Source of the DNA: Candidatus Eiseniibacteriota bacterium | Lineage (GTDB): Bacteria; Eisenbacteria; RBG-16-71-46; JABDJR01 | DNA length: 64,000 bases | Assembly (NCBI GenBank): GCA_963762255.1 | Contig: CAVXKA010000001.1 | Coordinates: forward strand, 288,001-352,000 | Direction of reading: 5' to 3' | Shown: one piece after another, positions 37,287-47,287 of the stretch | Position numbering within the stretch: position 1 is the first letter of the stretch | Layout of the letters: the number at the start of each line of letters is the position of its first letter | Translations under genes and position numbers: made by a program | Notes under the pieces: model-generated | The model's input: only the letters and a program-made list of their open reading frames with translations | Database searches by the model: none | What the model was told of the DNA's origin: nothing

Positions 37287-39593
37287 TTAGGGCAGCACCC
37301 AGACCCGACGAAGCTCGCTCGTGTCGTTCCCTCGCACGCGGACGAAGTAGATCCCATGCGGAACGCGACGGCCGGACCCATCGCGCCCGTCCCAGGCGAA
37401 CGTGCTGAATCCGGGGCCAAGGTTGTCGTAGCGCGGGCCGCGGACGAGCCGGCCCGAGAGATCGAAGACCTCGAACGACACCGTCAGCGAAGTTCCGGTT
37501 TCCACGCGCAGGCTCATCGGACCCGAGGCCGGGTTCGGTGACACTTCACCCACCGCGAAGGCGCCGTCCCTGAGCCTCGACCCGTCACCGACCGCCAAGG
37601 GCTCGTGATAGGTGGTCGTGAAGCTCAGCACGTTTCCGACGGGGCTGGTATTGGTCACCTCGTCCTCGGTGCGCAGCGCGACATAGTAGGTCATGGCGGG
37701 AGCGAGGGAGGTCAAGTCCCCGGACTGAATGGTTCCCGCCACAAGAGGCGTAGGAAGCCAGAAGATGGGCATCGCCAAGTCCCAGTTCCCTGCATCGATG
37801 GGGAAGGTCGCGATGCGTCCACGATAGATCGTCGCGGTCCCGCTGATGCTGTCGTCTCCCGGCGCGGTCCACCGCAGCGCGGCGAACGTCGAGTCGATCG
37901 AGATCGCCTCCAGGGTCGTGATCGCCGCGGGCGGGATCGTGTCGTAGAGAGGAGGATCGACCAGCGGTGTCCGGATGCGGTAAGAGTAGGTCCGGAGCGG
38001 CCCGATGTGGCCGACATCGTCCACCGCGCGCACCGCGAAGTAGTACCACGTGTCGGGCGTGAGGCCTCCGATCGTGATGCTCTCCTCGGCTCCTGCCCAT
38101 CCCGGCACGATCGAGTTGGCAACCTCGGTCGCCGCGTCCCAGGTCGCACCCTCGTAGACGGCGTTCCCAAATCCCGCCCTGTACCGGATCTGGTACGAGG
38201 TCGCCCTACCCAACTTGCCGTCGTCCCCCACCGCCTGCCACCGGAAAAACACGGAGTGAGAGGTGATCCCTATCCCGCCCCAGTAGGCGTCCACCTCGGC
38301 GGGGGCCAACGTGTCGGCCGGCGCGGGCTCCACGATGCGCGGCCCGATGTAAGCGTCCCAGCCCTCGATCGTGGGAAGTCCGGCTTGCGCGATGAGGGTG
38401 GCGTTGTTGGGGTTCACCACCACCGAGGCCTCGGCGTAGTCCCGCCGCCAGATGCTCAAACCACCGACTTCGTACGTGAATGCCGCGCCGGTCGGTGCGC
38501 CGAGATACGTGTCGTACTCCGGCTCCCACCAGACCGAGGCATGCGTCGGGGCCGTGCTGTCGAGGCTGAAGTAGCCGTCGCCGAGAAGCGCGGTCGCCAA
38601 CCCGAGCCGCTTGTGAGCCTGAAAACGTCCGGTGGTGTCCGGCAGAGCGCGTGTGCCCGACCCCTGCGAGTTGATGGTGGCGAGCTGCAAGGGCGAGGCG
38701 AGGTAGCTCTCGAGCCCCCGGAAGTAGGAGCCGCGGTCGAGGAGGGTCCACTTCGTCCACGCGTATCCATAGATGTTGTTCTGGTCGGCGGCACCCCCGT
38801 AGGGGAAGTTCTCGGCCATGGTGCCATTGAGAGCGTTGTATTGGGTGTTGGCGCCGTTGCTCATGACCGGCACACCGGGGCCCACGAGCTGGCGGATGAG
38901 CGCGGTACAGGAGTCGTTGGCGGCAAACCACCACGCGTCAAGCTGGGCGGCGACGTCGGCTAGGCCGTCGCGGTTGCTGTCGATCTTGGACCGGAGACCG
39001 GAGTTGAGCCAACTGATGCTGTCCCAGACATCGTCCAGGAAGATCCCGTCCCACTCCGACTGACCGTGCTGCCATACCTCGTCGTCCATGAAGTGGGCGA
39101 ACCACTCCCAATAGGCCTGACCCTGGGTGTTGACCGGACTGTTGGGCGTGAGGTTGGTGGATCCCTTGTTCGGCCAGTCGCTCACCACGCCGCCCGAAGT
39201 GTCGTGCAGCCAGAAATCGCTGGTAGAGATCCCTTCCCAGTACTTGTAGGCCACCGTGGCCACCGGGAACTGGTCGCCGGTCACCCAGGTGCCGTTGATC
39301 GGGATGTAGCCCAGGATCACGATCTCGGGGTTCATCGCCCGTATCTGATCGATCGCGCCCGGGTTGTAGTACGGGAAGTCCGCGTCCAGCACGAGCACGT
39401 CCCACTTGGCGAGTCCCTGAAGATCCACCGGGGTGACGCTGGTGCTGAGGAAGACGTTGAGGGTCTTCGGATACCCGGTGCGGGCGGGTGCGGTCGAGGG
39501 AAACAGTCCGAGCAGCACGAGGACGAGCGACAAGCTCGCCAGAACGCGCACAGGTGGGGGGCGGGGCAAGGTCGGACGGGGCTTCATGTACAT
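37287..39593 (-). CDS. Short paralogue: same putative glycoside hydrolase domain, 2 FN3 domains and a FlgD-Ig C-terminal domain
   Basis: First ~615 aa nearly identical to 33317-37006; lacks the four extra FN3/polyproline modules; has a related but diverged CTD. Confidence 0.85.
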   Translation of the reverse strand: MYMKPRPTLPRPPPVRVLASLSLVLVLLGLFPSTAPARTGYPKTLNVFLSTSVTPVDLQGLAKWDVLVLDADFPYYNPGAIDQIRAMNPEIVILGYIPINGTWVTGDQFPVATVAYKYWEGISTSDFWLHDTSGGVVSDWPNKGSTNLTPNSPVNTQGQAYWEWFAHFMDDEVWQHGQSEWDGIFLDDVWDSISWLNSGLRSKIDSNRDGLADVAAQLDAWWFAANDSCTALIRQLVGPGVPVMSNGANTQYNALNGTMAENFPYGGAADQNNIYGYAWTKWTLLDRGSYFRGLESYLASPLQLATINSQGSGTRALPDTTGRFQAHKRLGLATALLGDGYFSLDSTAPTHASVWWEPEYDTYLGAPTGAAFTYEVGGLSIWRRDYAEASVVVNPNNATLIAQAGLPTIEGWDAYIGPRIVEPAPADTLAPAEVDAYWGGIGITSHSVFFRWQAVGDDGKLGRATSYQIRYRAGFGNAVYEGATWDAATEVANSIVPGWAGAEESITIGGLTPDTWYYFAVRAVDDVGHIGPLRTYSYRIRTPLVDPPLYDTIPPAAITTLEAISIDSTFAALRWTAPGDDSISGTATIYRGRIATFPIDAGNWDLAMPIFWLPTPLVAGTIQSGDLTSLAPAMTYYVALRTEDEVTNTSPVGNVLSFTTTYHEPLAVGDGSRLRDGAFAVGEVSPNPASGPMSLRVETGTSLTVSFEVFDLSGRLVRGPRYDNLGPGFSTFAWDGRDGSGRRVPHGIYFVRVRGNDTSELRRVWVLP

Positions 39594-39691
39594 GGATGCC
39601 TTCGGGAGGAGGGACTAGGCCCCGGCGACACCCTCCGCGACGTTGCCGGAACCTTGTTATCGGCATCCTCAATCGCAAGGCGCGGGCCAAA
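37751..39691. repeat. Copy B of the ~1.94 kb near-identical direct repeat
   Basis: Matches 35164-37104. Confidence 0.95.
39674..39690 (-). promoter_or_regulatory. sigma54 promoter (copy B)
   Basis: Identical TTGGCCCGCGCCTTGCG. Confidence 0.8.
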
Positions 39692-39909
39692 CGTGACGGC
39701 GATCATGTTCCGGGTCGGGAGCGCGCCTAATCCATTGCGAAGCAGCCAATTAGAGGTCGTAGCGCCCGGGCGCGTCCCCGCGGCTTGGCCTGGTCCCCCG
39801 CCGTCGAATTGCTAATTACTTGCCGTAGGTAGACAGCCTATCGCATTCTCGGGCGTGCCTTCACCCCCCCCGGGGGAGGTCCCAACGGGCCGAAGGAACA
39901 GGGGAGGTC

Positions 39910-41079
39910 ATGCCCGGCGAAGCTCCCGCTCAGGGCCGCGTTATAGCCCACGTCGACATGGATGCGTTCTACGCATCCGTGGAGGAACACGACGATCCAA
40001 CGCTTCAGGGCCTTCCCGTGGTCGTGGGGGGGCCTGCAGAGAAGCGCGGCGTCGTGGCGGCAGCTTCGTACGAATCTCGCCGCTACGGCATCCATTCCGC
40101 GATGCCGATGGCGCGTGCCCTCGCCCTGTGCCCGAACCTGGTGCGCATCTCCCCCCGCATGCCGCGCTACCGCGAGGTCAGCAGCATCATCATGGGGATC
40201 CTGAAGTCGTTCACGCCCCTGGTGGAGCCGATCTCGCTGGATGAGGCCTTCGTGGATCTGACCGGTACTGAAAGCTCGCTGGGATCTCCCCGCGAGACGG
40301 GCGGACAGATCCGTGCCGCGATCTCCGCCGATACGGGGCTCACCGCATCGATGGGCATCGCTCCCAACAAGTTCCTGGCCAAACTCGCTTCCGACGAGGA
40401 CAAGCCCGACGGCCTCACGGTGATCACCCCCGAGGAGGCTGTGAGCTTCGTGCAAGGACTGCCGGTCGAGCGCATCTGGGGGGTCGGCGAGAAGACCGCG
40501 GCCAAGCTCCACCGCATGGGGCTCGACCGGGTCCTGGACGTCGCGAACGCGGAACCGTCGGTACTCAAGCGGCAGTTCGGTGTCGTGGGTCTGCGCCTCT
40601 ACGAACTGGCTTGGGCGCGTGACGATCGTCCGGTGGTGCCGGATGCCGAAGCCAAATCGGTGAGCCACGAGGTGACCTTCGCCAAGAACCAGCGCAGCTT
40701 CGAACTCTTGCAGGGGGTGCTGGCCGGCCTCTGCGAGCAGACCGCGCGGCGGCTGCGGGAAGCGCGCTTCGTGGGGCGCACGGTGAACCTGAAGGTGCGC
40801 TACGGAGATTTCACCACCATCACGCGCCAGGATTCGCTGGGGCACCCCACCGACGAAGCGGGCGAGATCTACGCGGCGGCCAGCCGCCTGCTGGAGGCGG
40901 AGCGGGGGGTGAACGCGCGCGCGGTGCGGCTACTCGGCGTCGGGGTCACCGCGCTCCTGCGGCGCACGCAGATGAACCTCGATCTATTCGCCGCGCAGGG
41001 CGGGGAAGGCGATCCGGAGGGTTCGGATTGGGACGGTGAGGTGGAGGCGGAGCCGGAGGGCGAGGCGGAGCCGGAGTAG
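39910..41079 (+). CDS. dinB: DNA polymerase IV
   Basis: HVDMDAFYASVE, ASYESRRYGIHSAM, SLDEAF, NKFLAKLAS...KPDG, VRLLGV; acidic C-terminal tail. Confidence 0.96.
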   Translation: MPGEAPAQGRVIAHVDMDAFYASVEEHDDPTLQGLPVVVGGPAEKRGVVAAASYESRRYGIHSAMPMARALALCPNLVRISPRMPRYREVSSIIMGILKSFTPLVEPISLDEAFVDLTGTESSLGSPRETGGQIRAAISADTGLTASMGIAPNKFLAKLASDEDKPDGLTVITPEEAVSFVQGLPVERIWGVGEKTAAKLHRMGLDRVLDVANAEPSVLKRQFGVVGLRLYELAWARDDRPVVPDAEAKSVSHEVTFAKNQRSFELLQGVLAGLCEQTARRLREARFVGRTVNLKVRYGDFTTITRQDSLGHPTDEAGEIYAAASRLLEAERGVNARAVRLLGVGVTALLRRTQMNLDLFAAQGGEGDPEGSDWDGEVEAEPEGEAEPE

Positions 41080-41129
41080 GAAGAAAGCGCGCCCCCGGTC
41101 GGAAAGAAGTGAGCGGACGCCGGGAAAAA

Positions 41130-41165
41130 TCGGAAGGCCGAGCCCGGTCGGAAGGCCGAGCCCGG
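41130..41165. repeat. 18 bp tandem repeat, 2 copies
   Basis: TCGGAAGGCCGAGCCCGG twice. Confidence 0.75.
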
Positions 41166-41169
41166 CTGG

Positions 41170-41213
41170 AAAAGGAAACGGGGGCCGTCCCCGTCCCTTG
41201 GTCCGGCCCCCGT
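41170..41213 (-). terminator. Rho-independent terminator on the minus strand
   Basis: ACGGGGGCCG-N16-CGGCCCCCGT 10 bp perfect stem followed by TTCCTTTT. Confidence 0.65.
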
Positions 41214-41307
41214 CGTCTGCTTCGCGTTGCTAATGCGGGACCGTGGGGATCCCACACCCGGATGAACGCCCCTGATGCGTTCGTCCGCGCCCCAAGCGCA
41301 GGGCAGT
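41170..41307 (-). ncRNA. Candidate sigma54-dependent small RNA (~140 nt)
   Basis: Bounded by a sigma54 box and a terminator, several internal hairpins, no credible ORF. Confidence 0.45.
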
Positions 41308-41317
41308 CCCACATCAA

Positions 41318-41333
41318 TGCACGATCGATGCCA
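41318..41333 (-). promoter_or_regulatory. Orphan sigma54 promoter
   Basis: Minus strand TGGCATCGATCGTGCA (GG-N10-GC, close to consensus). Confidence 0.6.
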
Positions 41334-41626
41334 CTTGCCGGTGGACCTGTGGATGGCACCTTGCCGAGTCGTTTGCATGCGGCCCGGAAGACGGAAGCGC
41401 TCTGCCCGACCGCACTTGAGACGGCGGCGCGGGGGAGCGCTCCGTGCATGCGCTTGTGACCACGCAAACTGCAACCTTTGCGCGCGGGCGCGTCGCAGGG
41501 TCAGTCTTGCGCACTGCCCGCGCATCCTTTGCAGGGCGCCGCTCCAAGCGGGCCCGGACCTCGCTTCCCCTCAATCGCGGCCCGGGATGGTAGGCTTGTC
41601 CGCCGTGATCGGAGGGACGCTGCATC

Positions 41627-42220
41627 ATGGAGTCAAAACGCATGCCCACCCGTGACGAGGCCTGGGCCCTGCTCTGCGAGTACACCCGGAGCGATTCGCT
41701 GCGCAAGCATGCCCGGGCGGTGGAAGAGGTGATGCGCGCCTATGCCGGCGATCTCGGCGAGGACGCAGAGCTCTGGGGGCTGACCGGCCTCCTTCACGAC
41801 TTCGACTACGAGGCCTACCCCGATCCCGCGCAGCACGCGGCGGTGGGAGGGAAGATTCTGCGCGAGCGGGGCTACCCGGAAGCGCTGGTGCACGCGATCG
41901 AGGCCCACAACGAAGCCAACGGGTTGGGTCTCGCCCGCGCCGCCGCGCTCGACAAGGTTCTCTTCGCTTGCGACGAGTTGACCGGATTCGTGACCGCGGT
42001 CGCGCTCGTGCGGCCCAACAAGAGCGTGCACGAGGTCACCCCGGAGAGCGTGAGGAAGAAGCTCAAGGACAAACGCTTCGCCGCCTCGGTGAGTCGCGAG
42101 GAAGTGCGGCGCGGGGTTGAGGAGCTGGGGGTCGATCCCGACCGGCACACGCAGTTCGTCATCGACGCGCTGCGCCGCATCGCCCCCGAACTCGGGCTCG
42201 AGGGCACGGGAAGCGTTTGA
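41627..42220 (+). CDS. HDIG-domain metal-dependent phosphohydrolase
   Basis: LRKHARAVE, GLLHDFDYE, AIEAHN, DELTGF, FAASVSRE. Confidence 0.88.
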   Translation: MESKRMPTRDEAWALLCEYTRSDSLRKHARAVEEVMRAYAGDLGEDAELWGLTGLLHDFDYEAYPDPAQHAAVGGKILRERGYPEALVHAIEAHNEANGLGLARAAALDKVLFACDELTGFVTAVALVRPNKSVHEVTPESVRKKLKDKRFAASVSREEVRRGVEELGVDPDRHTQFVIDALRRIAPELGLEGTGSV

Positions 42221-42298
42221 CGGAGCGGAGTAGTCCGGGGGCGGGTGCGGTATGACCGGCCAGTGATCCCGCGTGGGCGGGATACGGAAAGGGCTTGC

Positions 42299-42982
42299 AT
42301 GAACTCGACGGTGCGATCGGTCCTGGCCTCGGCGATCCTGTTGATCCTGACGATCCCCGCGGGGGCGGGGGCAGGGGCGGAGATCCCAGACCAAGCGGTC
42401 TGCCAGGTCTGCGCCGTGAACGGCGAACACAAGGGGCCGGAGAAGGTCGCGTCCGCCAGCATGATCGACGGCGTCACCTACTACTTTTGCTCCAAGAAAT
42501 GCCAGGACTCCTTCAACGCAGATCCGGCCGCCTACGTGCTCCCCTCGATTCCGTGGCCGGCGCCCAAGGCTTCCGTGCGACGTCTGGACGGGGTCATGCT
42601 GCCCCTCGAAGGACCGCGCAAGAAACTGACCCTTGTGAATTTCTGGAAGGCGGCCGGGTGCGTTCCCTGCGAGGAGGCCGTGTCGGGGTTGGAGCAACTC
42701 CTGCACGAGCGCGGATATCGGGGGCTCGCCATCCTCGGGATTTCGATGGACAGTGACCGCAACGCCGTCGAAGCGTTCTTGCATGCTCACCAGCCCACGT
42801 ACCCGGTCGCAATGGACCTCGGTGACGAGCCGGCGTGGGCTGCCTTCCACGTGAAGACCGCTCCCACGTCGTTCCTCATCGATCGCCAGGGTCAGGTGGT
42901 TGGGCGATGGGCAGGGAAGACCGATCCCGCGGCCATGCTGGCCACGGTCGATTCGGTTCTTGCTTCGACCCCGCAGCGCTAG
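42299..42982 (+). CDS. Exported YHS/TRASH plus TlpA-like thioredoxin-domain protein
   Basis: Signal peptide; CQVC...YYFCSKKC...F..DP..Y; LVNFWKAAGCVPC, PTSFLIDRQG. Confidence 0.8.
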   Translation: MNSTVRSVLASAILLILTIPAGAGAGAEIPDQAVCQVCAVNGEHKGPEKVASASMIDGVTYYFCSKKCQDSFNADPAAYVLPSIPWPAPKASVRRLDGVMLPLEGPRKKLTLVNFWKAAGCVPCEEAVSGLEQLLHERGYRGLAILGISMDSDRNAVEAFLHAHQPTYPVAMDLGDEPAWAAFHVKTAPTSFLIDRQGQVVGRWAGKTDPAAMLATVDSVLASTPQR

Positions 42983-43121
42983 CCCTTTCCGCGTTCGGGA
43001 TCACCCGCGGGGAGCCGGCCAGCTCAACCGGCCCGTCGGTTGACAAGCCCCGGAACAGCGTGCCAGCCTAGACCATTCGGCGCGGATTCCACGATCGAAC
43101 CCAGTCGGGCGAAGGGCGCTC

Positions 43122-43802
43122 ATGAAGATCCCCGGCCGCCTGCTTTTCCTCATGCTGATCGCCCTCCAACCCGCGACCGGCCTCGCCGATCCCGATCCCG
43201 ACGGCGAGCGCGACCCGGCCCGCATCGCGGCTCGGGTCCTCGATGGCTCGTATCAGACGGAACTGCCGACGGTGCAGTCCCCCTCCGAACCGCCCCCGGT
43301 GTCGAGCATCGACCTCCCTGCGAGCGTGACCGGTCCGCTGGCAGAAGCGTTCGAGGCGCTGGGCTGGGTGCTGCTGGTCGCGTTCGCGGCGCTCGTTCTC
43401 CTCACCCTCGGTCGCGAGATGCATCACCGCCGCGAAGGGCGGGATGAGGCGCGACAAGCGGGGGAACCCAGCGGGACCGCGGAGATGACCGGGTTCGAGT
43501 TCCCGGATCCGGAGGCACTTGCCGCCCAGGAACGGTTCGCGGAAGCGATCCACATCTATCTGCTGTGCGCACTGGTGGAACTCGGCCGGCGGGGGAAGGG
43601 GCTTGTTCCGGACTCCCTCACGAGCCGGGAGATCCTGCGCCGCGTCCACCTCCCACCCGGCGCGGGCGAGGCGCTGGGCGAGCTGGTGAGGGCGGTGGAG
43701 ATCAGTCACTTCGGCGGCGCCGACGCGGGACGTTACGACTACGAGCGGTGCCGCTCCTCCTTCCACCATTTCGCGCGCGCCTGCGAGGAGGCCGGGCGGT
43801 GA
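43122..43802 (+). CDS. DUF4129-domain membrane protein
   Basis: YQTELP, TM, EAIHIYL, SLTSREIL, VEISHFGG; cluster context. Confidence 0.75.
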   Translation: MKIPGRLLFLMLIALQPATGLADPDPDGERDPARIAARVLDGSYQTELPTVQSPSEPPPVSSIDLPASVTGPLAEAFEALGWVLLVAFAALVLLTLGREMHHRREGRDEARQAGEPSGTAEMTGFEFPDPEALAAQERFAEAIHIYLLCALVELGRRGKGLVPDSLTSREILRRVHLPPGAGEALGELVRAVEISHFGGADAGRYDYERCRSSFHHFARACEEAGR

Positions 43803-45025
43803 CAGCGCCCCGATTCCGTCAGGCGACCGTCGCCCGGCTGGTGGTGCTGGCCGCGATTTCCTTCGCGGCCACCGTAGTACTCAGCCTGTTCGGCAACGAC
43901 CTTTCGGGGACGCATTCCTACCGGGCGGATTCGTACAGCCGATCGGCCATCGGACATCAAGCCATGGTGGAAACGCTCCGAGGACTCGGGCTTCCGGTGG
44001 TGGTGAGCCGCCACCGGGGGACGGCGCAGGCGGGCGGGTCGACGTTGCTATTGCTCCTCGAACCGGAGTCGTTCTCCGAGGACTCGGGGCAAATCCTGAG
44101 CGACGCGTTGGCCGATGCGGGCGACGCACTGCTGGTCCTTCCCAAGTGGATCGGCGTGCCGAGGCGGGGCAATCCCGCGTGGGTCGGCGAAGTCCTCCCC
44201 GTTCCCGAGGTCCGGATCGAGCGACTGCTCCTGGGCGTAGAGGTCGAGGGAACGGTCGTCCACGTCCCGGGCGGTGAGGGTTGCGTTTGGCAGACCGGCC
44301 CCTTCGGATACGCACCCTTCCTGAGTAACGCGCAGCTCCTTCGCTCGGAGGACGTCATCCCGATCATCGCGCGCGACGAGGGGATCCTGCTCGGCGAGAT
44401 ACCTCGTGAGGAAGGCCACCTGTGGGTGCTCTCCGACCCCGATCTCCTCTCCAACCACGGCCTGACCAAGGGGGATAACGCTCGATTGCTGGCGGCGGTG
44501 ATCCAGCGGTTCCTCACACCCGGCGGCGTCGTCGTGATCGATGAGACGCTTCACGGCTACGTGGCTTCAGCGTCGATCTGGCGTGAACTATTGCGATTCC
44601 CTCTCGTGCTGACCACGATCCAGGCCCTGCTGGCAGGGGCGCTGCTCCTGTGGATGGCGGTGCTCCGCTTCGGTTCGCCCGCACCCCACGACGTGGGAGC
44701 CGGGCCGACCAAGGAATACCTCATCGAGAACACCGCCGACCTCCTGCTCCAGGGAGGCCAGGGCGCACACACCCTCCGCCGGTACTTCCAGACCAGCCTG
44801 CAGGAAGTGGCCCACCGACTCCACGCGCCTCCCACGCTACCGGTCGAAGCGCTCACCGGCTGGCTGGAGGCGGCAGGCACAGCGCGAGGAGTGTCCACCC
44901 GGCTGGGCGACCTCGGCCGCCGGATCGAGGAGGCGGCGGCGGCGGGCACCGGGGATACGGAGGTGCTGGTGCGCCTCGCCGGGGACGTCTACACATGGCG
45001 AAAGGAGATGATGCATGGAGCTTGA
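43799..45025 (+). CDS. DUF4350-domain membrane protein
   Basis: [37 protein letters not shown]; GTG start overlaps the upstream stop. Confidence 0.75.
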   Translation: MTAPRFRQATVARLVVLAAISFAATVVLSLFGNDLSGTHSYRADSYSRSAIGHQAMVETLRGLGLPVVVSRHRGTAQAGGSTLLLLLEPESFSEDSGQILSDALADAGDALLVLPKWIGVPRRGNPAWVGEVLPVPEVRIERLLLGVEVEGTVVHVPGGEGCVWQTGPFGYAPFLSNAQLLRSEDVIPIIARDEGILLGEIPREEGHLWVLSDPDLLSNHGLTKGDNARLLAAVIQRFLTPGGVVVIDETLHGYVASASIWRELLRFPLVLTTIQALLAGALLLWMAVLRFGSPAPHDVGAGPTKEYLIENTADLLLQGGQGAHTLRRYFQTSLQEVAHRLHAPPTLPVEALTGWLEAAGTARGVSTRLGDLGRRIEEAAAAGTGDTEVLVRLAGDVYTWRKEMMHGA

Positions 45026-45971
45026 ACAGCTTGCAGCGACCACGAACCGAATCCGTGAACAAATCCACCGGGTCGTGGTGGGTCAGGACCCTGCCATCGA
45101 TCTCTTGCTCATCGCTCTCGTCGCGGAAGGGCATGTGCTCATCGAGGGAGTGCCCGGCACTGCCAAGACGCTTCTTGCCCGGTGCTTCGCCGCCTCCCTC
45201 AACCTTGCCTTCAACCGCATCCAGTTCACGCCCGACCTCATGCCGGGGGACGTCATCGGCACCAACCTGTTCGATTTCCAGACCAACCGGTTCACGCTGA
45301 CCAAGGGCCCCATCTTCACCCAGATTCTCCTCGCGGACGAAATCAATCGGACGCCGCCGAAAACCCAGGCGGCCCTGCTGCAGGCCATGCAGGAGCGAAC
45401 CGTCACCATCGACGGTCGCACCCATCCCCTCGAACCCCCGTTCCTCGTGGTGGCCACCCAGAACCCGATCGAGCAGCAAGGCACCTATCCCCTACCGGAG
45501 GCACAGCTCGATCGCTTCTTGTTCAAGATCCTCATCGACTACCCGGAGCGGGACGAGGAGCGCGAGATCGTCGGACGACACGGTCGGGGGATGGCCACAC
45601 CTTCCATCGCCGACTACGGCATTGAGGCGGTCGGTGACGCCGATCTGTGCCGCAGCGCTCGCGAGGTGATCTCGGAGATCCACCTCTCCTCCGAGCTGGT
45701 GGACTACGTGGTCGATCTGGTGCGCGCCACTCGCGAGCATCCCGCTCTCCTATACGGCTCGTCGCCGCGGTCGGCCAATATGCTCGCGGTGGCCTCGCGG
45801 GCCCGCGCCGCGCTTCAGGGGCGCAGCTACGTGATCCCGGACGACATCAAGACCCTTGCCCCGCCGGTCCTCCAGCACCGCCTGCTTCTGGCCCCTGCCG
45901 AGGAGTTGGAGGGAACCACGGTGGCGGGAGTGGTGGCGCAGATCCTCGAGCAGGTCCCTGCACCGCGATGA
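45015..45971 (+). CDS. MoxR-family AAA+ ATPase
   Basis: [60 protein letters not shown]. Confidence 0.95.
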   Translation: MELEQLAATTNRIREQIHRVVVGQDPAIDLLLIALVAEGHVLIEGVPGTAKTLLARCFAASLNLAFNRIQFTPDLMPGDVIGTNLFDFQTNRFTLTKGPIFTQILLADEINRTPPKTQAALLQAMQERTVTIDGRTHPLEPPFLVVATQNPIEQQGTYPLPEAQLDRFLFKILIDYPERDEEREIVGRHGRGMATPSIADYGIEAVGDADLCRSAREVISEIHLSSELVDYVVDLVRATREHPALLYGSSPRSANMLAVASRARAALQGRSYVIPDDIKTLAPPVLQHRLLLAPAEELEGTTVAGVVAQILEQVPAPR

Positions 45972-47287
45972 TTCGACCTGCTCCGCGCGCCGGCGTGTTG
46001 TTCCTGCTGGGGCTACCGATCGCCCTGCTGCCGGTGCTTGTCTCGCCGTCCCTGTGGGGGGTGTGGCTCGCCTACACCGGCGCAGTAGCGCTGCTCCTGG
46101 GCGCCGACGCGATCCTGACCGTTCCCACGCGCCGCCTGATGCTGGAGATCACAACTCCCGCTACGCTCCACGTCGGCGAACCCGGACTTCTCCACCTCAT
46201 GCTTCGGGTGAAAGGGGGCAGGACGCCGCTCGACGTCGATGTCGTCTGCGATCTCGATCGCCTGCTCGAGCCCCAACCGCCCGTGCGGGTGAGAATCGCG
46301 GGGGGCGAGCCGGGCGCGGCATCGCTCGGTCTGCGTCCCTTGAGGCGGGGCCTCGCCGAGGTGCGAACGGTGTGGTTGCGCTGGCCGGGGCCGCTCGGGC
46401 TGATCCAGCGCCAGGACCGGCGCGAGATCGGGCGCGAGATCCCGGTGCTGCCCGACCTGCGACCGGTGCGCGCGGCGGCGCTGCGGTTCACGAGCCAGCG
46501 GTCCTTCCTCTCCGGGCTCAAGCCGGAGCGCCACGCCGGGGACGGCAGCGAGTTCGAGACCCTTCGTGAACATCGGTCGGGCCTCGATTCCCGGGCGATC
46601 CACTGGAAGGCGTCGGCCCGACATCGCAAGTTGCTGAGCCGAGAGTTCCGGGCGGAGCGCGACCACCAGATCATCCTCGCCGTCGACACCGGACGCCTCA
46701 TGCAGGAGACCCTCGAGGGGGTCCCCAAACTGGATCACGCGGTGAGCGCGGCCCTGCTCCTGGCCTACGTATGCCTGCGAAGCGGGGACCGCGTGGGGCT
46801 GTTCGGCTTCGACCAGGAGGTGCGGCACTACCTGGAACCGCGGGGGTCCTCCGGAACGTATGCGCAAGTGCAGAAGGCCTGCGCACACCTCACGTATCAC
46901 GATACCGAAACCAATTTCACGCTCGGCCTCGCCGAACTCTCCGCCCGGTTGCGCCGGAGGTCCCTCGTGGTGCTGCTCACCGATTTCGTGGACACGGTGA
47001 CCGCCGAACTCATGGTGGAGAACCTGGACCGCCTGTCCCAGCGCCATCTCGTGCTCTTCGTCACCCTCCGGGATCCAGGGATCGCGTCGCTGGCCACGGC
47101 CGCTCCCGCGCAGCTCCCCGCCATGGCGCGGGCGGTGGTGGCGTCGGATCTGCTTCGCGAGCGGGAGATCGTCCTGCGCCGGCTGGGCCGGTTGGGTATC
47201 CACACCTTGGACATCGCACCCGGAGAACTTTCCACCGCCCTGCTCAACCGTTACCTCGACATCAAGCGGCGGGAGTTGATCGCATGA
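45968..47287 (+). CDS. DUF58 (vWA-like) protein
   Basis: [38 protein letters not shown]. Confidence 0.88.
   Translation: MIRPAPRAGVLFLLGLPIALLPVLVSPSLWGVWLAYTGAVALLLGADAILTVPTRRLMLEITTPATLHVGEPGLLHLMLRVKGGRTPLDVDVVCDLDRLLEPQPPVRVRIAGGEPGAASLGLRPLRRGLAEVRTVWLRWPGPLGLIQRQDRREIGREIPVLPDLRPVRAAALRFTSQRSFLSGLKPERHAGDGSEFETLREHRSGLDSRAIHWKASARHRKLLSREFRAERDHQIILAVDTGRLMQETLEGVPKLDHAVSAALLLAYVCLRSGDRVGLFGFDQEVRHYLEPRGSSGTYAQVQKACAHLTYHDTETNFTLGLAELSARLRRRSLVVLLTDFVDTVTAELMVENLDRLSQRHLVLFVTLRDPGIASLATAAPAQLPAMARAVVASDLLREREIVLRRLGRLGIHTLDIAPGELSTALLNRYLDIKRRELIA

Noticed and set aside
35164-39691. Diversity-generating retroelement template/variable repeat pair
   Set aside because: The repeat is kilobase-scale, mismatches are not confined to adenines, and no reverse transcriptase is present
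39692-39909. LexA/SOS box upstream of dinB
   Set aside because: No match to the LexA motifs I know and no convincing palindrome
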